Part shown: one piece after another, positions 19,230 to 27,566 of the stretch | Layout: every line of letters starts with the position of its first letter | How positions within the stretch are numbered: the first letter of the stretch is position 1 | Source: an uncultured delta proteobacterium | GTDB taxonomy: Bacteria; Myxococcota_A; Polyangia; Polyangiales; Houyiibacteriaceae | Assembly (NCBI GenBank): GCA_963699755.1 | Contig: CAVOVB010000003.1 | Coordinates: 160,001-224,000 of the forward strand | Reading direction: 5' to 3' | DNA length: 64,000 bases | Translations under genes and position numbers: made by a program | The notes under the pieces: model-generated | What the model was told of the DNA's origin: nothing | Database searches by the model: none | Seen by the model: only the letters and a program-made list of their open reading frames with translations

Positions 19230-20363
19230 TCAGCTCAGTGGCGCCGGTCGTTCGGGCGCGTCGAGACCGAAGAGCTCTACGCAATTGTCTCTTAAGATCC
19301 GGCGGCGCTCGTGAGGGCTGAGTTGCGCGGTGTGTTTGCCGAGCAGCTCTTGAGAGAGGGGCCAGGTCGAATCGGAGTGCGGGAAGTCGTTGGCCCACAT
19401 GATTCGCTCGACGTTGAGATGATCCTTCACCTGGAACGCGGTCCAGTCGTCCTGGAAGGTCAGCCAAATATTCTCGAAAAAGTACTCCGACGGCAGCTTC
19501 TGGAGCTCCTGGGCCTTGTTCCAGAAGCGATGACGCTTGTAGACGTGGTCCATTCGGTAGGCGTAGTGCGGGGCCCAGCCGGCGTCCGATTCGACGCAGA
19601 CCACCTTCAGACCGGGGTGACGATCGAAGACACCCGAAAAGATCAACATGCCCAAGATGTCCTGGCAGCTCCGAACCACGTTCAGCAAGGCGTTTATCTT
19701 CGGTCCACGGTGACCGCCGTAGGCCCGATTGGTCAGGATGTGAAAGCAGAGCGGCAGCTCCAGGTCTACCGCGGCCGCCCAGAGTCGATCATACGAGGGG
19801 TCGTCGTAGTCGGCCTCTCCCGGCTGACCGGACATCATGACCCCTTTGAAGCCCATCTTCTTGATCTCGGCGAGCTCCTCCACCGCATCGATTGCATTTT
19901 TGACGGCGGCTTGGCCGGCGCCAAACAGGCGGGTCGGCGCATGACTGCAATACTCTTGAAGCCAGCGGTTGTAGGCTTCCATGCAAGCACGGCGATAGTC
20001 GAGATCGGCGTGACCACAGAGCTGCATCCCCACGGTCGCAAAAAGAAGCTCCGCCGCGACGCCGTCGCGCGCCTGGTCCCTCAGCCGGTAGGTCGGGTCC
20101 CATCCCGATCGGTGCCAGTCTTCGAAGTCCCGTCCATTGAAGGTCATCTGACTCGACTCTTCGCCGGCCGCGGCAACGAGCCCCATCGGGACCGTCATGT
20201 TGTCCTGCCCGGGAATGACATAGAGGTCTCCGCGCTTCTCATCTCGCCTGATGAACGGGGCCCGGTCCCGATAGGCCGGGTCGATGAAGCGCTGATAGCA
20301 ATCCGGCGGCTCGGTGACGTGCGAGTCGGCGGAAACAAAGCCGTAGTCGAACTGGGTCTGCAT
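19230..20363 (-). CDS. Amidohydrolase_2 family metal-dependent hydrolase
   Basis: SADSHVTEP, YNRWLQEYC, FHIL, SGVFDRHPGLK, MWANDFPHSD. Start is ATG 20363 or TTG 20381. Confidence 0.85.
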   Translation of the reverse strand: MQTQFDYGFVSADSHVTEPPDCYQRFIDPAYRDRAPFIRRDEKRGDLYVIPGQDNMTVPMGLVAAAGEESSQMTFNGRDFEDWHRSGWDPTYRLRDQARDGVAAELLFATVGMQLCGHADLDYRRACMEAYNRWLQEYCSHAPTRLFGAGQAAVKNAIDAVEELAEIKKMGFKGVMMSGQPGEADYDDPSYDRLWAAAVDLELPLCFHILTNRAYGGHRGPKINALLNVVRSCQDILGMLIFSGVFDRHPGLKVVCVESDAGWAPHYAYRMDHVYKRHRFWNKAQELQKLPSEYFFENIWLTFQDDWTAFQVKDHLNVERIMWANDFPHSDSTWPLSQELLGKHTAQLSPHERRRILRDNCVELFGLDAPERPAPLS

Positions 20364-20404
20364 CTGTTCTCGTTCCAGCAATCATAGGCGTGCCGAGCCC
20401 AATC

Positions 20405-20435
20405 GAGTCATAGCGATTGGCTATCCAAGTATTCG
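20405..20435. promoter_or_regulatory. Copy 2 of the shared 31-bp motif, containing the palindrome TTGG-N4-CCAA
   Basis: gagtcatagcgattggctatccaagtattcg is 26/31 identical to 11852-11882, with the same orientation relative to the downstream minus-strand operon. Confidence 0.65.
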
Positions 20436-20530
20436 ACAGCATTATGTGCGGAACCTGGCGTCCGCCGGCCCGCCTCGAGGGCCAGATAGCGTGCTCCGAA
20501 CGGTGACTGGATTCGGCTGGCTGGGGATTG

Positions 20531-20559
20531 ATTCTACGTGTATTAGCTAGAATTATACT
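20531..20559 (+). promoter_or_regulatory. AT-rich inverted repeat ATTCTA-N11-TAGAAT plus TATACT -10-like element before lysR
   Basis: IR at 20531-20553; TATACT at 20554-20559, 5 nt before the ATG; no SD. Confidence 0.45.
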
Positions 20560-20564
20560 ATCTC

Positions 20565-21482
20565 ATGGACTCGACCCGGCTGACCGGCCTCAACCTCAAC
20601 CTGCTCGTCGCCTTGGACGCGCTCTTGTCCGAGCGGAATGTCACCAGGGCGGCTCGCCGCGTCGGCATCACCCAGCCTGCGATGAGCCAGACCCTCGGAC
20701 GGTTGCGCGAGCTCTTCGCTGATCCGCTCCTGGTTCGTCGGGGGCGAGCGATGGTGTTGACGCCGCGCGCCGAAGCGATGCTGGTGCCACTTTCAGATGC
20801 TCTCCTTTCGGTCGAACGCGCGGTCCAGCTGGGAATGGGTTTCGACGCGGCGACCTCGACACGGATCTTCAGCGTGGCTCTTCCGGACCTGAGCGCCACG
20901 GTCATCCTCGGACCGCTTCTTGGTCTCATTGGGGTAGAGGCTCCCGGGGTCCGGGTCCAAGTCGAGCCGCTTTCGATGAGTAGGCTCTCGGACAAGCTCG
21001 CTTCGGGCGCGATCGACCTCGTGCTCGCGGCGCACTTGAGCTCATCAGAAGGGCTTCGCCGCGAGACACTTCTGACCGACGACTACGTCTGTCTCGTTCG
21101 TCGCGGGCATCCATTGGCGCGTCGCAAGCGAGTCCGCATCGACGACTACGCGGCGCACGGTCACCTGGCCTACACGCCGGTGGGCTTCGTGCCGCCTCCC
21201 ATCTCCGAGGCCGTTCCAGGGTTCGCCTCGACCTCGGGCATCCGCGCTTCGGTGCCGTATCTCCTCGCGCTTCCCGAAGTGGTCCGGCGCACCGACCTGG
21301 TGGCCACGGTGCCGAGGCGCTTGCTCTGTGCGCCGATCGATTTCCGCGGCGTCGTAACCCTCGAGGCCCCACGCGAGCTGCCAGCGGTGGTCGATTCACT
21401 CTGGTGGCACCCTCGATTCGACTCCGACCCAGCTCATCAGTGGCTTCGGAAGCGCGTTCACGAGGCTTTGGCTGCTAGCTGA
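20565..21482 (+). CDS. LysR-family transcriptional regulator (NodD/LeuO-like)
   Basis: LNLNLLVALDALLSERNVTRAARRVGITQPAMSQTLGRLR...DPLLVR; C-terminal WHPRFDSDPAHQWLR; divergent from the catabolic operon. Confidence 0.92.
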   Translation: MDSTRLTGLNLNLLVALDALLSERNVTRAARRVGITQPAMSQTLGRLRELFADPLLVRRGRAMVLTPRAEAMLVPLSDALLSVERAVQLGMGFDAATSTRIFSVALPDLSATVILGPLLGLIGVEAPGVRVQVEPLSMSRLSDKLASGAIDLVLAAHLSSSEGLRRETLLTDDYVCLVRRGHPLARRKRVRIDDYAAHGHLAYTPVGFVPPPISEAVPGFASTSGIRASVPYLLALPEVVRRTDLVATVPRRLLCAPIDFRGVVTLEAPRELPAVVDSLWWHPRFDSDPAHQWLRKRVHEALAAS

Positions 21483-22979
21483 TCAGCTCCGCCACCGAAG
21501 CAAGGAGCCCTGGTCGCCGAAGCGGTCGAGATACTCCTGCATCCGCAGCTTTCGCTTCGTATTTTCGGAGCTCATGTAGCGAATCTTGCCGAAAATGGGT
21601 CGCTCCGGGCCCCAAGCGCGATCGTAGCGACCGAGGACCCAGAAGATCCCCGAGTAGCTGTTCGGATCTCGGCCATCGAGGGCGTACCTGTTGTTGAGCT
21701 CGATCATCGCCGCAAGGGCGTCACGCGCGGTCGGCGACCATTCGAGGATCTTCTTTCCCCAGAGCATGCGAAGGTAGTTCTGAAGTCGGCCGGTTTCGCG
21801 AAGCTCGTTTTGCGCGGCGTTCCAGATCGGATCGTGAGTCTCGGACGCGGCGAGCTGTTCGAGAGAGTAGAGATAGGCCCGCTCATCGCTCTCGTGGAGC
21901 TCGAGCGATTCGCGTGCCCAGGCAGGCAAGGACTCATACTGGTCATAGTCCTTCCGGTGAGCGCACATGTTGAAGCCCAGCTCTCGCCAAGTGACCAGCT
22001 CGTCGATGAACGACTCGGCCGTGGAGCTCATCCCCCACCAGCCCTCTCGCGCGCCGTTGACCTTCTTGGAGAGTTGCTCCATCGACCAGCCTTCGTTCTT
22101 GGAAAGCTCGTCGAAGATCTGATGCGTGGAAACATGGCCGAAATGAAGCCAAGGGGAAAGCCCGCTTGCGACCTCTGCGTCAGGGTGGCTGCGCTCTTCT
22201 CCATAGCGGTCGATGTCTCCCGCGAAGAACTCATGTGCCCGCGCCTCGCCCGCTTCGAAGCCACCAACGAGGTCAGCAGTAGGCACATCGTGATCGATGG
22301 GCAGCGACGCCAGCGTTTTTCCAAGCAGCACCTCCTCTGATGCCGGGAGCCAGCTCCGTGCCGCAAGCGCTGCGAGGTCGGCACGGGCCTTCTCGGGAAT
22401 TGGGGTGAGCCCATCCACCGGATCGGCGAGCGGCTGTGTGCCGAGATGCTTCGGGAGCTCGCGTTGGAGGTGGCGCCGGAAATCAAAGGCCCGGCTGAAG
22501 ACCTTGTCGGTCGCCCTCATGGGGAACAGGCCGTTGCTGTCGACGAGCTCAATTCTAGCGTCCAGCTGCGCCGACGCTGCTTCTTGCATTCTTGGGACGA
22601 AGAACGTCGGGTAGTCATCGCTGACGATCAGGCATGCGTTCTGGGCGAGCGCGGCAAGAAGGCCTCGCCCCTCTCCCGCCGTTGCTTCGACATATGGAAA
22701 GTACAAGACGTTCTTCTTGGCGAAGTACGCGGCGTTCGCGCGCATGCCGTCGAGGATGAACTGATGGAACCGATCGCTTGCCCAAGGATAGGCGACGCGA
22801 AGGGCTTCGAGGATGAGGAGCGGCTTACCCAGTGAATCCGCAAGTGAAGCGGCATGTTCCAGAGAGAAGTTCCAGCGCGGCCTGCGAAAGCCAACCATCC
22901 AATAAAGGACGTGGCTGCCCTCCGGTCGTAGGGGCGCCTCATGGAGCACGCGAAGGCGAGCGGGCGGAGCCGGTTTCAC
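21483..22979 (-). CDS. phr: Class II CPD photolyase
   Basis: VLYWM, SGLSPWLHFGH, THDPIWNAAQ, YLRMLWGKKILEW, YALDGRDPNSY, ERPIFGKIRYMS. GTG start at 22979 is inferred. Confidence 0.85.
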   Translation of the reverse strand: MKPAPPARLRVLHEAPLRPEGSHVLYWMVGFRRPRWNFSLEHAASLADSLGKPLLILEALRVAYPWASDRFHQFILDGMRANAAYFAKKNVLYFPYVEATAGEGRGLLAALAQNACLIVSDDYPTFFVPRMQEAASAQLDARIELVDSNGLFPMRATDKVFSRAFDFRRHLQRELPKHLGTQPLADPVDGLTPIPEKARADLAALAARSWLPASEEVLLGKTLASLPIDHDVPTADLVGGFEAGEARAHEFFAGDIDRYGEERSHPDAEVASGLSPWLHFGHVSTHQIFDELSKNEGWSMEQLSKKVNGAREGWWGMSSTAESFIDELVTWRELGFNMCAHRKDYDQYESLPAWARESLELHESDERAYLYSLEQLAASETHDPIWNAAQNELRETGRLQNYLRMLWGKKILEWSPTARDALAAMIELNNRYALDGRDPNSYSGIFWVLGRYDRAWGPERPIFGKIRYMSSENTKRKLRMQEYLDRFGDQGSLLRWRS

Positions 22980-23067
22980 GCCGTTTGGGACCCTTTCGCT
23001 ACGCGGTTCATGTCCGGTCTGTGTGCCTACGATTGCAGGCGTCAAGTTGAGGGGCCGCCGCAACGGC

Positions 23068-23112
23068 TTGACAATTCGCGAATTCCACATAAACAGTCAG
23101 CTCTGATTGTTT
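23068..23112 (+). promoter_or_regulatory. Sigma70-like promoter (TTGACA) with overlapping 22-bp palindromic operator
   Basis: TTGACA at 23068-23073; AAACAGTCAG-CT-CTGATTGTTT at 23091-23112 (1 mismatch); perfect AATTCGCGAATT at 23073-23084. Confidence 0.65.
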
Positions 23113-23128
23113 CTGAACTCGAGGGACT

Positions 23129-25723
23129 ATGGGCAAAGAGCTGAGTTTTGTCGGTCGTGTGGCGATTGTGACCGGGGCCGGCCAAGGATTGGGCCGCTCG
23201 CATGCACTCGCCTTGGCAGCGCGGGGCGCGAAGGTGGTGGTGAACGATCTGGGTGGATCGATTTCCGGCGAGGGGAAGTCAGCGGAAAGCGCCGACCTGG
23301 TCGTGAACGAGATCAAGAAGGCCGGCGGCGAAGCGGTCGCCAACTACGACTCCGTCGAAGACGGCGACATGATCGTCCAGACCGCGATGGACACCTGGGG
23401 GCGCGTCGACATCCTGATCAACAACGCCGGTATCCTTCGCGACAAATCGTTCAAGAACATGACCGACGCCGATTGGGACATCATCTTCCGCGTCCACAAC
23501 TATGGTGCATACAAGGTGACCAGGGCAGCCTGGCCGATCATGACCGAGCAGGGCTACGGCCGCGTGCTCTTCACGACCTCTTCGGCGGGCCTCTACGGGA
23601 ACTTCGGGCAGACCAACTACGGCTCGGCGAAGCTCAGCCTCGTCGGTTTCGCGAACACCCTGTCGCTCGAAGGGCAGCGCAAGAACGTCTTGGTCAACAC
23701 GATCGCACCGTTCGCGGCATCCCGGCTCACCGAGGGACTGCTTCCTCCGGCGGTCTTCGATTCGCTCAAGCCCGAGTACGTCACCCCGCTCGTGGCATAT
23801 CTGTGCAGCGAGCACAACGAGACGACTGGCGGTGTCTACGAAGTTGGCGGCGGTTTCTACTCGAGCCTTCGCTGGCAGCGAACCAAGGGTAAGCTCTATC
23901 GGCTTGGTCGCGAAGTATCGCCGGAAGACATCGAATCGAGCTGGCATCAAATCAACGACTTCAGCGAGTCCGAGCACATCGGCAGCGTGATGGAGTCGCT
24001 CGGGCCCATCATTGAGAACGTCGAAGCGGGCCCTAGCAAGGGCGGCAACGAGTTTATCGACCTGGACGAAGCGCTCGGGGCGAAGTACCCGGACCGGGTA
24101 TCGAGCTACGACGAGAACGATCTCGCGCTCTACGCGCTCGGCGTGGGGGCCGCGACGGACCCGAACGATGAGCAGGCGCTCCGTCTGGTCTACGAGGGTT
24201 CGAGCGCCGGCATGAAGGCCTTGCCGACCTATGCCGTCATTCCGGGGACCAACGCGGTTCTCGGCTTCGCCAAGGAAGGCATCACGGCTCCAGGTTTGCA
24301 CTATGGCCTCGAGCGGCTCCTGCACGGCGAGCAATACGTCGAGCTGGTGCGTCCGCTCCCCTTGAAGGCGACGCTGACGACCAAGGGTGTGATCACGGAC
24401 ATCTGGGACAAGGGCAAAGGCGCGCTCGTCGTCACGGCCTTCGATTCGTATGACGAGGAAGGCGACCTGTTGATCAAGAGCGAAATGACGGCGTTCATTC
24501 GTGGCGCCGGCGGCTGGGGTGGTGATCGAGGCCCGCGCGCCGACATCAACCTGCCGCCGCCGCGGCAGCCAGACGCGGTCGTCGAGGACGCGATCCCGCC
24601 AAACCAGGCCCTGTTGTACCGCCTCAGTGGTGACTGGAACCCGCTTCACGTCGACCCAAACATGGCCCAGGCATTCGGTTTCGAGCGTCCGATTCTGCAC
24701 GGCCTGTGCACCTTTGGATATGCCGGGCGGCGAGTGCTCGAAAAGTACGCGCCCGATGGGAACCCCGACTTCTTCAAGAGTATCAAGGTGCGTTTCGCCG
24801 ACAACGTCTACCCGGGCGACACGCTGATCACCGAGATGTGGAAGGAGTCTGACCAGCGCATCGTGTTCCAGTGCAAGGTGAAGGAGCGCGACGCGGTCGT
24901 GATCTCGAACGCAGCGATCGAGCTTTTCGCGGAGCTCCCCAAGCCGAAAGAGAAGAACGAGGCAGCCACCGAGACCGGAGCCTCCGGTCCCGTCGAGCCG
25001 ACCGCCGCAGATGTGATCGCGGCGGCGAGTGATTATCTCGCGGCGAATCCGAGCATTTCCGAAAACGCGCAGACCGTCTTTCAGCTCAACCTGAGCAACC
25101 CCAGCAGTGTCTGGACGATCGACCTCAAAGCAGGGTCGACGGGCCCGGGCGAAGCGAGCAAACCCGACGCCACCCTTCAGCTCGACGACGCCGACTATGT
25201 CGCGCTTCAGAAGGGCGAGGCGGATCCGATCAAGCTGTTCTCGAGCGGGAAGCTCAAGGTCGCTGGCGACATGATGAGCGTGAACAAGCTCGAAGCGCTC
25301 CTCAAGATGCCTTTCGAGCTTGCGGTCGAAAAGGCCGAAGCCCGTGTGAGAGGAATCGCCTCGTCGGCTCCGCCACCCTCGCCAGTGGAGATCTCTGAGC
25401 CTCTCGCGCCGAAGCTCTTCGAGGCTCTGGCCGCACGCCTCGGAGAGCAGCCGAGCCTTGCCGATGAGGTCTGTGCGGTGCTTCAGTTCCATGTTCGGAA
25501 TCCCGATTCCAGTTGGGTCGTCGATCTCAATAGCCAGCCGCCGACGCTCAGGGCTGGCGAGACCGATGGCGCCACGACGACCATCACAATCGAAGATGCC
25601 GATCTGGCGGCGCTCAGCAGCGGCGAGATGACCACGCAATCTCTCTTCCAAAGGGGCAAGCTTCGTGTGGACGGGGACATTCAGCCCGCGCACCGGCTCA
25701 ACTTTCTCAAGGGCTTGATCTAA
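23129..25723 (+). CDS. Multifunctional enzyme type 2-like: (3R)-hydroxyacyl-CoA dehydrogenase + enoyl-CoA hydratase 2 + two SCP2 domains
   Basis: TGAGQGLG..VVVNDLGG, NNAGILRD, NYGSAK; LLHGEQY, LYRLSGDWNPLHVDP, PILHGLCTFG; two SCP2 repeats (WTIDLK...GKLKVAGD; WVVDLN...GKLRVDGD). Confidence 0.9.
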   Translation: MGKELSFVGRVAIVTGAGQGLGRSHALALAARGAKVVVNDLGGSISGEGKSAESADLVVNEIKKAGGEAVANYDSVEDGDMIVQTAMDTWGRVDILINNAGILRDKSFKNMTDADWDIIFRVHNYGAYKVTRAAWPIMTEQGYGRVLFTTSSAGLYGNFGQTNYGSAKLSLVGFANTLSLEGQRKNVLVNTIAPFAASRLTEGLLPPAVFDSLKPEYVTPLVAYLCSEHNETTGGVYEVGGGFYSSLRWQRTKGKLYRLGREVSPEDIESSWHQINDFSESEHIGSVMESLGPIIENVEAGPSKGGNEFIDLDEALGAKYPDRVSSYDENDLALYALGVGAATDPNDEQALRLVYEGSSAGMKALPTYAVIPGTNAVLGFAKEGITAPGLHYGLERLLHGEQYVELVRPLPLKATLTTKGVITDIWDKGKGALVVTAFDSYDEEGDLLIKSEMTAFIRGAGGWGGDRGPRADINLPPPRQPDAVVEDAIPPNQALLYRLSGDWNPLHVDPNMAQAFGFERPILHGLCTFGYAGRRVLEKYAPDGNPDFFKSIKVRFADNVYPGDTLITEMWKESDQRIVFQCKVKERDAVVISNAAIELFAELPKPKEKNEAATETGASGPVEPTAADVIAAASDYLAANPSISENAQTVFQLNLSNPSSVWTIDLKAGSTGPGEASKPDATLQLDDADYVALQKGEADPIKLFSSGKLKVAGDMMSVNKLEALLKMPFELAVEKAEARVRGIASSAPPPSPVEISEPLAPKLFEALAARLGEQPSLADEVCAVLQFHVRNPDSSWVVDLNSQPPTLRAGETDGATTTITIEDADLAALSSGEMTTQSLFQRGKLRVDGDIQPAHRLNFLKGLI

Positions 25724-25750
25724 TCTCGCGCGCTGCGCGAAGGAGCAACG

Positions 25751-26929
25751 ATGGGACGCAAGGTAAACGTAATCGGAGTCGGCATGGTGCCATTCGCCAA
25801 GCCGGGCCAGAGCGAGGAGTACAACGTGATGGCCGCCAAGGCGATCAAGACGGCCTTGGCTGACGGAGGAGTCGAGTACGGCGAGGTCGAGCAGGCGGTT
25901 GCCGGCTACGTCTTCGGAGACAGCACCTGCGGGCAGCGAGCCGTGTACGACGTGGGGCTGACGGGGATTCCCGTCTACAACGTGAACAACAACTGTTCCA
26001 CCGGCTCGAGCGCCTTGATGCTAGCCAAGCAGATGGTCGAAGGCGGCATCGTCGAATGCGCGTTGGCCGTGGGTTTCGAGCAGATGCAAAAGGGTGCGCT
26101 GGCTTCCGCCTGGAACGACCGGCCCAACCCGCTCGGCCTTCATGTCAACGTGATGAACGAGACACAGGGCTTCACCTCTGCGCCGCCCGCCGCACAGATG
26201 TTTGGTGGAGCAGGGCGCGAGTACCGTTGGAAGTATGGCGCCAAGCGTGAGACCTTCGCCAAGGTCAACGCAAAGGCGCGTCAGCACGCGGCCAAGAACC
26301 CCTTCGCGCTCTTCCGGGATCTTCTCTCAGTCGAAGAGATCCTCGCCTCGCCCGAGGTCTTCGACCCGCTCACCCGCTACCAATGCTGCCCTCCGACCTG
26401 CGGCGCCGCAGCGGCGATCGTCTGCTCGGACGATTTCGCGAAAAAGAAGGGCATTTCGAATCCGGTCTACATCGCGGCACAGACCATGCGCACCGACTAC
26501 GGCTCGAGCTTCGAAGATTCGATGATCAAGATGGTCGGCTTCGACATGGCGAAGAATGCGGCGCAGGCGGTCTACGAAGAAGCGGGCATTGGTCCCGAAG
26601 ACGTCGACGTCATCGAGCTCCACGATTGCTTCACCACCAACGAGGTTCTCACCTACGAAGCGCTGGGGCTCTGCAAGGAGGGCGAAGCCGAGAAGTTCAT
26701 CGAAGATGGAGACAACACCTACGGCGGGAAGTTCGTCACGAATCCGAGCGGCGGCCTGCTCTCGAAGGGACATCCGCTCGGTGCCACGGGCCTCGCGCAG
26801 TGCACCGAGCTCGTGTGGCACCTTCGGGGGCAGGCCGAAGAACGGCAGGTCGAAGGCGCGCGGATCGCGCTCCAGCACAATCTAGGGCTCGGCGGTGCGG
26901 CAGTCGTGACCATGTACCGTCGCGACTGA
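25751..26929 (+). CDS. SCPx-type thiolase (lipid-transfer protein)
   Basis: NVNNNCSTGSSAL, CCPPTCGAAA, ELHDCF, KGHPLGATG, QHNLGLGG; AGGAG SD. Confidence 0.92.
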   Translation: MGRKVNVIGVGMVPFAKPGQSEEYNVMAAKAIKTALADGGVEYGEVEQAVAGYVFGDSTCGQRAVYDVGLTGIPVYNVNNNCSTGSSALMLAKQMVEGGIVECALAVGFEQMQKGALASAWNDRPNPLGLHVNVMNETQGFTSAPPAAQMFGGAGREYRWKYGAKRETFAKVNAKARQHAAKNPFALFRDLLSVEEILASPEVFDPLTRYQCCPPTCGAAAAIVCSDDFAKKKGISNPVYIAAQTMRTDYGSSFEDSMIKMVGFDMAKNAAQAVYEEAGIGPEDVDVIELHDCFTTNEVLTYEALGLCKEGEAEKFIEDGDNTYGGKFVTNPSGGLLSKGHPLGATGLAQCTELVWHLRGQAEERQVEGARIALQHNLGLGGAAVVTMYRRD

Positions 26930-26942
26930 GAGGCGAATTGCG

Positions 26943-27563
26943 GTGAAGAAAGCGAGAACCGGCGAGGCCACGAAGCGAGAGCGCGTGCCTCAGGCGGAGC
27001 GGCGCCGGATCACCCGTGGAAAGCTTCTCGACGCGACCATCGAGAGCCTGATCGACCTTGGCTACCCGCGAACCACCACCGTCGAGGTCGGCGAACGGGC
27101 AGGGCTCTCGCGAGGAGCGCAGCTTCACCATTTCCCAAGCAGGGCGGACCTCTTAGTCGCCGCCATCGAGCATCTTGCCGACGAGCGCAGCAAGGAATTC
27201 GAGGCAGCGCTCAAGGAACGCCTGGACCAGGGCGATGAACCGATCGACGCCATGGTCGACATGCTCTGGGCGATGTTCTCCGACCCCCTCTACTGGGCGA
27301 CGATCGAGCTGATGGTCGCGGCGCGAACAGACCCGGAGCTCCTCGAAAAGCTGGAGGCGTTCGAGCGCAGCCTTGGTGGGCGAATCTACGCAGCGTTCAA
27401 AGAGCTGACAGGTCGGGGCGACCGCGAGGCTAGGACCGGCGTCGAAATGACGCTCTACTTCATGCGGGGCCTCGCCCTGGAGCGCATCTTTCGCAAGAAG
27501 GACGCGCACTACGGGCAGCTGGTCGAGCGCTGGAAGACGCAGCTACGCGAAATGCTGCGATGA
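26943..27563 (+). CDS. TetR/AcrR-family transcriptional regulator
   Basis: LLDATIESL...TTTVEVGERAGLSRGAQLHHFP helix-turn-helix. Confidence 0.9.
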   Translation: MKKARTGEATKRERVPQAERRRITRGKLLDATIESLIDLGYPRTTTVEVGERAGLSRGAQLHHFPSRADLLVAAIEHLADERSKEFEAALKERLDQGDEPIDAMVDMLWAMFSDPLYWATIELMVAARTDPELLEKLEAFERSLGGRIYAAFKELTGRGDREARTGVEMTLYFMRGLALERIFRKKDAHYGQLVERWKTQLREMLR

Positions 27564-27566
27564 GCG

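Noticed and set aside
23279..25693. 804-aa minus-strand ORF
   Set aside because: Antisense shadow of the MFE-2-like gene. Long stop-free shadow frames are expected in GC-rich genes, and it has no motifs.
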